From an uncultured delta proteobacterium (GTDB lineage: Bacteria > Desulfobacterota > Desulfobacteria > Desulfobacterales > B30-G6): a stretch of 64,000 bases of DNA. The notes under the pieces are model-generated. The model did not search any database. It saw only the letters and a list, made by a program, of their open reading frames with translations, and was not told the DNA's origin. Location of the stretch: positions 178,833 through 242,832 of the forward strand of contig CAWJIL010000017.1 in the NCBI GenBank assembly GCA_963842925.1. The letters run 5' to 3'. A program made the position numbers and the translations under genes. Each line of letters begins with the position of its first letter. The first letter of the stretch is position 1. This document shows, piece after piece, positions 9,925 to 19,743 of this stretch.

Positions 9925-11379
9925 ATGATAAAATTTACCACCGTACTGGCCATCTGTATCCTGCTGTGTGGTTGTGCGGCTTTCGATCCACAATCACGAA
10001 CCGGGCCACCCCTTGAGATGCCCCGCACATACACACTTTTTGGGGAAGGTGTCTCTGATATGGGCATGTGGTGGCAGGCATTTGAGAGTCCTGAGCTGAA
10101 TGATCTTGTAACAGAAGCCTTAAAGGGCAATTTTGATATCCAGACAGCCTGGGCACGTCTCCGGCAAGCTGAGGCTGTGGCACGCCAGGTGGGGGCCGCC
10201 AGTTTGCCGAGCGCCAACTATGACTTGGGTGCCAGCAAGAGTCGTATTCAAACAAAGCCCTCTGAAAACGCATTCACCCAGACAACCGTGCAGAAATCCT
10301 ATCGTGCAGGGCTGGCCGCATCCTACGAGGTGGATTTATGGGGCAGGGTACGGGCGGAACAAGAGGCAGAAGTCATTTTTGCCGCAGCTGTCCGGGAGGA
10401 CCTGGATGCCGCGGCGGTAACCATAGCCGGCGAGGTAGTGAAAACCTGGCTCAATATTATTGCCACTCGCAGGGAAATGGCCATTCTTCGTGAGCAGATT
10501 CAGACCAATGAAACCCTGTTGAAACTCCAGGAAATCCGGTTTGCCAACGGTCTGGCCCAAGGCCTCGATGTTTCCCAGCAACGGGCAGCACTGGCGGGAG
10601 CCAGGTCAGGCTTGCCCCTGCTTGTGCTGGCTGAGCGCCAGTTGTTCAACAGTCTGGCATTGCTCCTGGGCCGGTCATCATCACAGGCATTACAGGTCGA
10701 TCAGGGTACCCTGCCTGGTCTGATACCTGTTCCGGCAACCGGTGTTCCCGTCGATCTCCTGGCCTCCCGTCCGGATGTCCGGTCTGCCGGTTTAAGGCTT
10801 CATTCTGCAGATTGGGAGGTGTCGGCCGCCAGAGCCAACCGTCTGCCCTCCCTGAGTCTTTCGGCAAGCGCCACATTCTCGAGTGGCAGCGTGGATCTGT
10901 TTTTTGACAATTGGATAGCCACTCTTGCTGCAAGCATTACCGGCCCTTTGTTTGATGGCGGCCGCAGAAAAGAAGAGGTGACGCGTACCCGTGCCGTGGC
11001 AGAAGAACGCTTGGCCAATTATGCAAAAACCGTTGCCGAGGCCATCAAGGAGGTGGAGGACAATCTTGTTGCAGAGCAACTGCAGGGGGAATATCTAAGC
11101 TTGTTGAAGGACCAGTTAAAGGCCACGCGATTGACCTTGAAGAATGCCGGTCTGCAATACCAGAACGGACAAAGCGACTACTTGTCTTATCTTGCTGCCT
11201 GGAGCAGTATTCAGAACCTGGAACGTCAGATCGTGGTTGAAGAAGCGACTCTGATCAAGAACCGTGTGGCGCTGTACCGGGCCATCGGTGGGGAGTGGAC
11301 CCGTGGGCTGGCACTCGAAGCCAAAGACGATCGCCTTACATGGCATGAAAAAAAACCCATAGAGGTGATGGAGAATTAA
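9925..11379 (+). CDS. RND efflux outer-membrane lipoprotein (NodT/OMF family)
   Basis: Lipobox LLCGCAAF after the ATG at 9925. Duplicated OEP repeats. First gene of the OMF-MFP-RND operon. Confidence 0.9.
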   Translation: MIKFTTVLAICILLCGCAAFDPQSRTGPPLEMPRTYTLFGEGVSDMGMWWQAFESPELNDLVTEALKGNFDIQTAWARLRQAEAVARQVGAASLPSANYDLGASKSRIQTKPSENAFTQTTVQKSYRAGLAASYEVDLWGRVRAEQEAEVIFAAAVREDLDAAAVTIAGEVVKTWLNIIATRREMAILREQIQTNETLLKLQEIRFANGLAQGLDVSQQRAALAGARSGLPLLVLAERQLFNSLALLLGRSSSQALQVDQGTLPGLIPVPATGVPVDLLASRPDVRSAGLRLHSADWEVSAARANRLPSLSLSASATFSSGSVDLFFDNWIATLAASITGPLFDGGRRKEEVTRTRAVAEERLANYAKTVAEAIKEVEDNLVAEQLQGEYLSLLKDQLKATRLTLKNAGLQYQNGQSDYLSYLAAWSSIQNLERQIVVEEATLIKNRVALYRAIGGEWTRGLALEAKDDRLTWHEKKPIEVMEN

Positions 11380-11381
11380 AT

Positions 11382-12605
11382 ATGACACCTGACAACAACA
11401 AAACCTCGGTCCCGAGGAAAATCATCACGATACTTATACCTGTCCTTTTGATTGCCGCCGGTGGGGTTGCCTGGGCATATTTACAGTCTACAGCACCCAA
11501 GGTCAAACGCAAGCCGGCTGCCAGACCGGCAACCATGGTGGATGTTTTGACCGTAGAATTGAGCGACATGCAGCCCGTCATTACGGCCATGGGTACGGTG
11601 GTGCCTTCGCGGGAGATTGTTCTCAGATCCAGGGCTTCCGGTGAGATCCAACATCTGGCACCTGAGTTCATTCCCGGCGGACACATCGCCAGGGGCGAGG
11701 TAATTTTGCAGTTGGATGCCGAGGACTACCAGGTGGAGATCCAAAAAGCTGAAAGCGCTCTGGCAAAGGCCAGGGGGAACCTGGCTTTGGAAGCGGGCAA
11801 CCAGACCATTGCCCGCGAAGAGATACAAATGTTGTTGGAGGCATCCGGAGAAGCAATCCCGGTAACAGATCTTGCCATGCGCAAACCCCAGCTTATGCAG
11901 GCCCAGGCCGATATTGCCAGCGCCGAGGCAGACCTGCTTAAAGCCCGTCTCAATTTGAGTCGAACGGAAATTCGGGCACCTTTTAACTGTCTGGTGGTGA
12001 CACGCAATGTGGATCTGGGATCGCACGTGAATTCCCAGGACAGTCTGGCCACGCTGGTAAGTGTGGACGAGTACTGGGTGGAGGCGGCTGTTCCCATGGA
12101 TCGCCTATCTCTCCTGGATCTGACACGCAAAGGCGGATACCCGGCCCTTGTTCGTTCCCAGGCCGGTGGTGGCCAATGGCGTGGGCAGACCTTGAAAACA
12201 ACCGGTCGGCTCAATGAGGTCAGCCGCATGGCCACCCTGATGGTCCAGGTAAAAGATCCCCTTGGCATGCGATCCAAAAAACCCTCTCCCCAGATGATGT
12301 TGAACGACTATGTATCTGTGCAGATAACGGGACCGACCATTCCCTCGGTGGTGGGTCTAATCAGGGATGTCGTACGGGACAATCAAACCGTCTGGATAAA
12401 CAACCAGGGCACACTGGAAATCAGAAAGGTTGATATTCTCTGGAAGCAGGGAGACAAGGTGTTTGTGGGCAAAGGCTTGATGCCGGGTGAGCAGGTTGTT
12501 GTCTCGAATTTATCCACAGTTGTCGAGGGCATGCGTATTATTGCAAGTGAGAATGGTTCTCCTGCAAGATCTCAGGAAGGAATGGGGTCTGCCCATGAAA
12601 GCTGA
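11382..12605 (+). CDS. RND efflux periplasmic adaptor (membrane fusion protein)
   Basis: N-terminal membrane anchor, coiled-coil hairpin region, HlyD-like barrel. Starts 2 nt after the OMF stop. Confidence 0.9.
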   Translation: MTPDNNKTSVPRKIITILIPVLLIAAGGVAWAYLQSTAPKVKRKPAARPATMVDVLTVELSDMQPVITAMGTVVPSREIVLRSRASGEIQHLAPEFIPGGHIARGEVILQLDAEDYQVEIQKAESALAKARGNLALEAGNQTIAREEIQMLLEASGEAIPVTDLAMRKPQLMQAQADIASAEADLLKARLNLSRTEIRAPFNCLVVTRNVDLGSHVNSQDSLATLVSVDEYWVEAAVPMDRLSLLDLTRKGGYPALVRSQAGGGQWRGQTLKTTGRLNEVSRMATLMVQVKDPLGMRSKKPSPQMMLNDYVSVQITGPTIPSVVGLIRDVVRDNQTVWINNQGTLEIRKVDILWKQGDKVFVGKGLMPGEQVVVSNLSTVVEGMRIIASENGSPARSQEGMGSAHES

Positions 12606-15600
12606 AGAAAACACACACAGTCAACAAGCCAAGGGCCCCATTGCCTGGATGGCAGGCAACTCGGTTGCCTCCAACCTGGTCATGCTGGTGCTGCTGGTGG
12701 GAGGGCTCCTGGTGGGGTCTCAGATCAAGCAGGAAGTTTTCCCCGAATTTGCCTTGGACATGGTCAATATCTCGGTGGGGTATCCCGGTGCCAGTCCTGA
12801 AGAGGTGGAGAACGGGATTGTCTTGGCTGTGGAAGAGGCGGTTCAGGGCCTGGAAGGTGTCCAGGAAATTCGATCCACCGCCAGGGAGGGATCGGCCTCT
12901 GTGACCCTGGAAGCCATTGAAGGCACCGACATCACACGTCTGTGGCAGGAGGCCAAGAGCGAGGTCGATCGTGTCAATACATTCCCAGATGAAGCCAACG
13001 AGCCCCAGGTAAGCATCGCGGCCCGTCAGCGTGAGGTGTTGAATATCGGTCTCTACGGTCAGGCGGACGAAGCAACCCTCAGGGAAGCGGCCGAGCAGGT
13101 GCGGGATGAGTTGTTGTTGGACCCCAATATTACCCAGGTGTTTCTGGACGGCGTTCGGGATTTTGAAATCCAGATTGAAGTTTCCCAGCAAAACCTGCGG
13201 CGATACAATCTGACACTTCAGGAGGTGGCCAGTAGCGTGGCGCGGGCTTCGGTGGAACTCGGCGGCGGCAGTCTCAAAACCTCGGGTGGTGATATATTGG
13301 TTCGTGTCAAAGACCGGCGGGAGCGTGCCCGGGAATATGCCCGCCTGCCGGTGATTAGTCAGGCGGATGGCTCCCAGGTCCTGTTGGAAGATATTGCCAC
13401 GGTCAGGGAAGGCTTTGAAGACACCAATGCCTGGGCTTCATACAATGGTCTGCCGGCCGTGAGAATCGAAGTCTATCGAATTGGTGATCAGACACCCACA
13501 CAGGTGGCGGAAGCTGCCAGGGCGGTCCTGGAACAGGCTGTCGACAATCTGCCGGATGGACTTGATCTTGCCATACTCAATGACCGGTCGGTGGTATTTA
13601 ACGACCGGGCGGAGCTTCTGCTCAAGAATGCCTTTATCGGTCTGCTGCTGGTTTTTCTGTTTCTGGCTATCTTTCTGGATATTCGCCTGGCTTTCTGGGT
13701 GAGCCTGGGAATCCCCATATCCATCCTGGGGTCGTTTTTGTTCCTGGAGCCCCTATCCTTCTCTATCAACATGATCACCATGTTCGCATTTATCGTGACT
13801 CTGGGCATTGTGGTGGATGACGCCGTTGTGGTGGGGGAAAATGTTTACTACTACCGGCGCCAGGGAATGCCGTTATTAAAGGCGGCTATCACAGGGACGC
13901 GTGAAGTCGCCCTGCCGGTGGTGTTCAGTGTGCTGACAAATATTGTTGCTTTCCTGCCACTCTTTTTCGTACCCGGCATCATGGGCAAGGTTTTCAAGGC
14001 TATTCCCGTTGTGGTGATCTGTGTGTTCAGCGTGTCCCTTATCGAAAGCCTGTTTATTCTCCCGGCGCACCTGAGTCATGGTCGCCAACGCCAGGCTTTC
14101 TGGCCCCTCAACCACCTGGAGCGATGGCAACAAGGACTGAGCCAGGCCATAGAGCGATTTATCCAGCGGCGTTACGGTAACTTTCTGCAGGTGGTCTTGA
14201 GGCAACGCTATGCGGTGGTGGCCCTGGGTCTGGCCCTGTTGATGGCTACTGCCGGCTATATCAAATCGGGTCGCATGGGTATGGTGCTTTTCCCCAAAGT
14301 GGAATCGGACTATGCCTACTGTGAAGCGCTTCTGCCCTATGGTACGTCGCAGGAGCGCATGGCTGCCGTGGAGACGCGGCTGGTGGATGCTGCCGAACGC
14401 GTGGCAAGTGAAAATGGTCAGGCGCAGCTTTCAAAGGGTATTCTTGCACGCGTCAGTGAAAACAGGATTACCGTCCGGTTTTATTTGACAAATGCCAAGA
14501 CACGGCCCCTGGGCACATCCCAGGTGACGTCCTTGTGGCGGGATCAGGTGGGCGTTTTGTCAGGCCTGGAGTCGATCACCTTTGAATCAGATCGTGGAGG
14601 ACCCGGATCCGGAAAGGGTTTGACTGTCCAGTTGAGCCACCGCAACAAAGCTGTTCTGGATGAAGCGGGTATGGCCCTGGCCGTTAAATTGGCGGAGTTT
14701 CCCATCGTACATGACATCAATGACGGCTCGGCCAATGGCAAACGTCAGTTCGACATTCAAATCCGCCCGGCCGGTGTCCGCATGGGGCTGACATCCAAGG
14801 AAGTGGCCAGCCAGATTCGTTATGCCTTCCAGGGCGTGGAAGCAGTCAAGCAGCAGCGAGGTCGCAACGAGGTCACTGTTCGGGTGCGGCTGCCTGAAAC
14901 CGAAAGAATACAGGAGACCACCCTCGAAAACCTGGTGCTTCAAGCGCCCGGGGGCGAAATTCAACTTCGTGATGCCGTGGATATGATTTCAGGCCGCGCT
15001 TACACCGCCATCGAGCGAACCAACGGCAGGCGGGTCATTTCTGTTACGGCCAATGTCCGTCCGCAGTCGAAATCGGAAAACGTCAAGAATGCGTTGAATT
15101 CAGAGATTTTACCTGTCCTGGCAGACGTGTATACTGGCCTCGGCTACAGCTTTAAAGGCCGGCAGGCAGATATACAGGAGAGTGTGTCCGCGTTGATCAC
15201 GGGGCTTGGTTTTGCCCTGCTGGGTATTTACGCCATGCTGGCGATTCCCTTTAAGAGTTATTTTCAGCCCATGATCATCATGTTCTGCATTCCCTTTGGC
15301 ATGATCGGGGCTGTTGTGGGGCATCTGGTGATGGGTTATTCCCTTTCGGTCATGAGTCTGTTCGGTATCGTGGCCCTGTCGGGTGTCGTGGTAAACGATT
15401 CACTGATTCTGATTGATTTTGCCAACCGCAGACAACGCTCGGGCACAGACATCATGACGGCTATCCAGGAAGCCTCGATCCAGCGATTTCGTCCCATTCT
15501 GCTCACCACCCTGACAACCTTCGGCGGTCTGGCGCCCATGATCATGGAGACCTCGCGTCAGGCAAGGTTCATGATACCCATGGCCATCTCCCTGGGTTTT

Positions 15601-15738
15601 GGCATCCTCTTTGCCACATTTATCACCCTGATCCTGGTGCCCTCGCTTTACCTCATCCTGGAGGACATCAAGGGTATGTTTATTCGTGAAGATTCAGGGA
15701 TAGTGGGGGAGGAAATGGAAACAGGGTCCGGGGGGTAA
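12595..15738 (+). CDS. RND efflux transporter permease (AcrB/HAE family)
   Basis: ~1047 aa from the ATG at 12595 (MKAEENTH..), overlapping the MFP stop by 11 nt. 12-TM AcrB-like architecture with two large periplasmic loops. Confidence 0.9.
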   Translation: MKAEENTHSQQAKGPIAWMAGNSVASNLVMLVLLVGGLLVGSQIKQEVFPEFALDMVNISVGYPGASPEEVENGIVLAVEEAVQGLEGVQEIRSTAREGSASVTLEAIEGTDITRLWQEAKSEVDRVNTFPDEANEPQVSIAARQREVLNIGLYGQADEATLREAAEQVRDELLLDPNITQVFLDGVRDFEIQIEVSQQNLRRYNLTLQEVASSVARASVELGGGSLKTSGGDILVRVKDRRERAREYARLPVISQADGSQVLLEDIATVREGFEDTNAWASYNGLPAVRIEVYRIGDQTPTQVAEAARAVLEQAVDNLPDGLDLAILNDRSVVFNDRAELLLKNAFIGLLLVFLFLAIFLDIRLAFWVSLGIPISILGSFLFLEPLSFSINMITMFAFIVTLGIVVDDAVVVGENVYYYRRQGMPLLKAAITGTREVALPVVFSVLTNIVAFLPLFFVPGIMGKVFKAIPVVVICVFSVSLIESLFILPAHLSHGRQRQAFWPLNHLERWQQGLSQAIERFIQRRYGNFLQVVLRQRYAVVALGLALLMATAGYIKSGRMGMVLFPKVESDYAYCEALLPYGTSQERMAAVETRLVDAAERVASENGQAQLSKGILARVSENRITVRFYLTNAKTRPLGTSQVTSLWRDQVGVLSGLESITFESDRGGPGSGKGLTVQLSHRNKAVLDEAGMALAVKLAEFPIVHDINDGSANGKRQFDIQIRPAGVRMGLTSKEVASQIRYAFQGVEAVKQQRGRNEVTVRVRLPETERIQETTLENLVLQAPGGEIQLRDAVDMISGRAYTAIERTNGRRVISVTANVRPQSKSENVKNALNSEILPVLADVYTGLGYSFKGRQADIQESVSALITGLGFALLGIYAMLAIPFKSYFQPMIIMFCIPFGMIGAVVGHLVMGYSLSVMSLFGIVALSGVVVNDSLILIDFANRRQRSGTDIMTAIQEASIQRFRPILLTTLTTFGGLAPMIMETSRQARFMIPMAISLGFGILFATFITLILVPSLYLILEDIKGMFIREDSGIVGEEMETGSGG

Positions 15739-15820
15739 TCGTATCCGGCCTTGTCAACTCCGCCTTTACGACCTCATTCAACTGTAAATCTTTCTCTTTA
15801 ATCTATATGGTGTTCACCTG

Positions 15821-16051
15821 GTGATCTCTCTGGTAAAAAGACTCATAAAGGGAACTTATCAAGGACGATTTGAACCGAAGTATTTTCAAAATTATCTTGA
15901 TGAATATGTGTTCCGTTTCAATCGCAGAAAGTCAAAGAGCATCGACAAAAAGTTTATGCGTATGGTTCAGCAAGTGGTTAAATCTGTCAAAGTTACCTAT
16001 AGAGACATCAACTGGGATATTGACCCAATCTCTGAATTTTACGCAACTTAA
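15821..16051 (+). pseudogene. C-terminal remnant of an IS1595-family (ISXO2-like) transposase
   Basis: The 76-aa ORF contains ..FQNYLDEYVFRFNRRKS.., typical of the extreme C terminus of IS1595-family transposases. The DDE core is absent. Confidence 0.65.
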
Positions 16052-16128
16052 GCTTTATAGAGAACCGCGTTCATTAATTTTATGCTTTGCTGAGAGATCA
16101 AAGGAATAAGCGGATCCTATTGAACCGA

Positions 16129-16172
16129 TACTGATCAATAGGAATGAACCTCCCCGGGGCAAGCTCCGGGGT
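16129..16172. repeat. Short repeat: TACTGATCAATAG followed by a GC hairpin (CCCCGG..CCGGGG), copy 1
   Basis: Shares the 13-nt box and a CCCCGGG-type hairpin with 28564-28598. Confidence 0.6.
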
Positions 16173-16224
16173 ATCAATCTATCATTTTAGATTTTTTTTG
16201 CGGCAAGCCGCGGGGAATTAAACC

Positions 16225-16509
16225 CTAATCGATATTAACTGTTTTGTCATCAATCATTTTCACCGTTGCCCGCTCCTTCCAGTTTTTCAGCGCATACCAG
16301 ATACCGATTTGCCTACCGTCAGGGGTGACTATCTCTGAGCCATTTTGATTCAGGGTAAAACCATTTCTCGAAGCGTTTAGAATATCAAACCATCTTTTCA
16401 GTAAAGTTTGTGTAAGATCAACGGGTTTCCAAAGTTTTGATTCGAGATGATACTCATTTCGAATCCCGATCACGGTTCTCGGTAATCCATTTTTATGTGC
16501 TTTCGACAA
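16225..16509 (-). CDS. Hypothetical protein
   Basis: 94-aa ORF overlapping the stop of the upstream GNAT gene by 17 nt (possible coupling). No recognisable motif. Confidence 0.45.
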   Translation of the reverse strand: MSKAHKNGLPRTVIGIRNEYHLESKLWKPVDLTQTLLKRWFDILNASRNGFTLNQNGSEIVTPDGRQIGIWYALKNWKERATVKMIDDKTVNID

Positions 16510-16999
16510 GACTGCGACTAAACTGCAATTGTGTCAGCTCGATCCCATGTCGAAAAATCTTTCTCTCAATATCCACTTGTTTAAACTTTACAGCTTTATA
16601 AAATTCAATTGCTCTTTGATTCTCCCGAACAACCCAGATTCGTACCTTTCTAAATTCCAAAGCCGCTAATTCGTCAAACGCTGATTTGATCAGTGTTTTT
16701 CCTACACCACGACCAGTGCTATGAGGGTCTATATATAAAGATGAAATTTCGGAAATCTTAGTGCTAACATCAATCTGGCTGAACGAGATAAAACCAATAA
16801 TCTGGTTTTCATGTTCAGCAACTAAATGTCTATGGCTTTCATTATTTAGATTTTTCTTCCAGATATTCTGAAAATGAATTTCTGATAAATTTTCTATGAT
16901 TTTATCTGGAATAAAGGGCTTATACGCCAGAATCCATGACCAACGATGAATTTGTGCAATTTGCGGAATATCATTTTTAGTAAATGGCCTTATTTTCAT
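16493..16999 (-). CDS. GNAT family N-acetyltransferase
   Basis: Acetyl-CoA binding motif HSTGRGVGKTL and a typical ~165-aa GNAT length. Confidence 0.85.
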   Translation of the reverse strand: MKIRPFTKNDIPQIAQIHRWSWILAYKPFIPDKIIENLSEIHFQNIWKKNLNNESHRHLVAEHENQIIGFISFSQIDVSTKISEISSLYIDPHSTGRGVGKTLIKSAFDELAALEFRKVRIWVVRENQRAIEFYKAVKFKQVDIERKIFRHGIELTQLQFSRSLVEST

Positions 17000-17003
17000 A
17001 AAT

Positions 17004-17029
17004 CTTTTCAGTTCGAGGCATATTACCGA
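17004..17029 (-). repeat. Fragment of the ~165-bp repeat (right-arm segment only)
   Basis: Minus-strand TCGGTAATATGCCTCGAACTGAAAAG aligns with the right-arm consensus TCGGTAATATTGCCGTTGAACTTGATAAC. It directly follows the 3' end of the ORF-less intron. Confidence 0.55.
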
Positions 17030-17526
17030 GTCGAGTAGCCCAGGGGAATTTCACCCCCAGGCCCTCTCAGAACGGTACGTGACGATCTCCCGTCATACCG
17101 CTCCTGCCAGCCATTCTCTTGAAACCTCACAGTCTCAAGTCTACGCAGAAAGAAATTCGGTTCCTCCCAGTTTCCTGGTTGACCTTCACTTACTACGAGC
17201 TGGCTCATCCCCTTCGCTCCGGTCCCATTACAGGACCTTCAACACTAATACGGGATGATCCGCCCCCGTGCTTCGCATCGGTACTCTAACGCTCATGGGT
17301 CCTCCACTTGCGTTTCTCCCTTAACATCGAAGCGACAGGTTCCCAAGTTCCACGCAAAAGCCTAACTCAGATTCATGCCACCTTTACGCCGGAGGCCACT
17401 TAGGCAATACACAGGCTCCCCCTAAGCTCATCCTGAACCCCATATAAAAGCTCAGTTTTGACCTCGTCCATTATCTTTCGACGCTTCATCGAATGGTTCG
17501 CTTACGCTCATCTCTCTGAGTCACAC
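17030..17526 (-). mobile_element. ORF-less group II intron-like element (type B, ~497 nt)
   Basis: Minus strand starts GUGUGAC (GUGYG consensus). Canonical domain V at 17070-17103: GAGCGGUAUGACGGGAGAUCGUCACGUACCGUUC, with AGC triad, GAGA loop and AC bulge. Domain VI has a bulged A and ends ..GGGCUACUCGAC at 17030. No ORF. Confidence 0.65.
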
Positions 17527-17553
17527 CTGCCACGATCCTATGCCGTGACTTTT

Positions 17554-19743
17554 GTCGAGTAGACCGGGGTCTTCCATGGCTATAGGTTGTAGTTTGTTTT
17601 CTCTGTTTGCCGCCTGGTTTCCCGGCGGTGCCACATCATCACAGCCTTACCTTCGGTTGTTCCCCGGTCCCTCCACAGAAACGGACAAGCGGATTTCCCA
17701 TACATCCGGCTCTTCGGTCACTCGTTCAGATAGCCTCTAAACTACGAAATGGATTCAGGTCTTTGCGAATACTCACCTTGGGCCACCCGACCCTCTTGAG
17801 TGCCTGTCGGTAGCCTGGCCATGTGTAAGAATTTCGTTGGCTCTTACGATTGAGCCACTTAAACAGTATTCCCTTCACATGATAGAGATAGGTTGCACAC
17901 CTATCCGAGTTATCCGTTATGGCGTAATAGCTCAGATGCCCCACCACGCGCACCTTGGCCTGGCGAAGCATCTCACCTTTCCTCAGAACAGCCCTACTTT
18001 TGCGCGCCCATTCCGTGAACTTACGTAGGCTTTGTGCAAGTTTCTTGCGACTGGTCCGTCGCTTCACCTTGAAGTGCCCATCCCGAGTTTTCCCACAATA
18101 GTGTGTAAACCCCAGGAAAGTGAACTCCTTCGGCTTTTGCCCTCGCCTTTGTGCATCCCTACGCGCAAAACGCCCAAATTCAATGCAGTGTGTCTTCTCT
18201 TCGGCTACTTCCAGGCTAAAAGCTTCAAGCCTGTCTTTTAACCGATTCTCGAAGTGCCTTGCATCTGCTTTGTACCGGAAGCAGGCCAGGAAATCATCGG
18301 CAAAACGGAAATAATAAGCCTCTCCCCGGCACTGCCTCCTGACCCTATGGCTGAACCACAGATCCAGCACATAGTGCAGGTAAATGTTCGACAGCAGTGG
18401 TGACAGGATTGAGCCCTGGGGAGTACCCCTTTCAATGGCTCTAACCAGCCCGTCCTCCATTATTCCGCCCTTTAGCATACGACTGATCAACCTTAGTATG
18501 CGAGGGTCACCAATGCGGTGTTCCAGAAACTTCATCATCCATCTGTGAGAAACTTCATCGAAAAATGCTCTGATGTCTGACTCCACCAGATAGCTAACTC
18601 GCTTCTGCTGGATGGTTCGTCCCAGCCTGCCCAAACACAAATGCTGGCTCCGCTCGGGTCGATACCCATAGCTGCTGTCTTCGAAGATCTCCTCGTAGAC
18701 CCGTTCCAGAGTCTGCTTCACCGCCAGTTCAACTATCTTATCTTCAAAACAGCTGATTCCTAACGGCCGCCCCTTTTCACTGCCCGACTTCGGTATATAG
18801 CTCCGGCGGCTGGGCTGTGGGCGGTATCCCATACGCTTCAGCCGGTCAGTCAAGCTTTCAAGGTTCTCTTCGAGGTTTTCCCCATACTGTTCTTTGGTTA
18901 CGCCATCCACACCGACGGCTTTGTCGTCGTCCAGTGCTTCGTAGCAGTCCCGCAGGTTGTCCAAATCTGTCACATGATGATACAGCGATGTGAACACCAG
19001 ATCCGGCTCCTTGCGAGCCCTCTCTCCTATCCGTGTCAGGTCAGTGCTCATCAATTCTCACTCTTTGCATAGTGTCGATGTTTCCCCTTTCACGGGCAAT
19101 TGACCGTGGAGACCTTCGCTCAGCGGGGATTAGCCGCTTCATCGCTAAACCATTGCGGTTATACTGGTCTCCATCCCTCGCATCGGCGTCTTTTGGTCGC
19201 CTCCTTTTACGTTGGTCGACCATACTCGGTTACTATCCCAACGACCTGGGATGCTTTCACCAAGAACCTTTGGGTGCCTTTTCCGATGCTTGCCTGGTTA
19301 CTCCATCGTCGTTGTCATGCTCGATGCTGTCTGAGACCCCGGGGTGTCGGTTGGTACTCGTCCATAACGCACCTTCCGTTTCGCCTGCGCCCTTTAGGAA
19401 AAGATAGGCACGATCCCAAAATCAGTGTTTCTCGGGGCTATGGGTCAGATTCAGGGCTCACACCCTTCACCTCGCTAGACTCGCGGATTTCCTTATACAG
19501 CTGGGAAATACACTACCGGGCGGCTGACTAGACCTTACCCGGGAGGGCTTATGCTTTCGCATTCCCTCGCGACGCTGAACCAGCGCCAGGTTCGAACCCT
19601 AAACGCTCACAACCCTGGCTCTTTACCAACGCAGCTTTAGGTGGTTTGAAGCCTGCTCCTGCAAGCCGGCTCCGAGGGGCCAAACAACCCTCATCTTTTG
19701 TGCAGTTACGCACACTTTATAGTAAAGTGCGCTCGTGGCGCAC
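17554..19743 (-). mobile_element. Group II intron (type A) encoding an RT/maturase
   Basis: 5' end GUGCGCC at 19743. RT ORF in the domain IV position. Domain V-like segment at 17678-17712, 13 nt after the RT stop. 3' end ..GGUCUACUCGAC at 17554, the same terminal 9-mer as type B. Confidence 0.8.
17726..19054 (-). CDS. Group II intron reverse transcriptase/maturase (no endonuclease domain)
   Basis: RT motifs RPLGISCFEDKIV, GTPQGSILSPLLSNIYL and FRFADDFLACF (YADD variant). C-terminal X/maturase region. 442 aa. Confidence 0.9.
   Translation of the reverse strand: MMSTDLTRIGERARKEPDLVFTSLYHHVTDLDNLRDCYEALDDDKAVGVDGVTKEQYGENLEENLESLTDRLKRMGYRPQPSRRSYIPKSGSEKGRPLGISCFEDKIVELAVKQTLERVYEEIFEDSSYGYRPERSQHLCLGRLGRTIQQKRVSYLVESDIRAFFDEVSHRWMMKFLEHRIGDPRILRLISRMLKGGIMEDGLVRAIERGTPQGSILSPLLSNIYLHYVLDLWFSHRVRRQCRGEAYYFRFADDFLACFRYKADARHFENRLKDRLEAFSLEVAEEKTHCIEFGRFARRDAQRRGQKPKEFTFLGFTHYCGKTRDGHFKVKRRTSRKKLAQSLRKFTEWARKSRAVLRKGEMLRQAKVRVVGHLSYYAITDNSDRCATYLYHVKGILFKWLNRKSQRNSYTWPGYRQALKRVGWPKVSIRKDLNPFRSLEAI

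Noticed and set aside
312-15545. Numerous antisense or overlapping ORFs in the core region (e.g. 312..836, 855..1289, 3752..4258, 7677..8222, 11481..12026, 11726..12277, 12538..13191, 14587..14964)
   Set aside because: These are shadow ORFs on the opposite strand or in alternative frames of well-supported genes in GC-richer DNA, with low-complexity translations.
17726-19054. The reverse transcriptase as part of a retron, DGR or defence system
   Set aside because: It has a maturase (X) domain. It is flanked by a GUGCG 5' end and domain V/VI structures. No template/variable repeat pair or msr/msd-like structure is seen. It is an ordinary group II intron RT.
17023-19531. Short ORFs inside the introns (17023..17208, 17552..17740, 17607..17813, 19033..19407, 19100..19531 and others)
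   Set aside because: They lie within intron RNA domains or antisense to the RT gene. No RBS or motif supports them.
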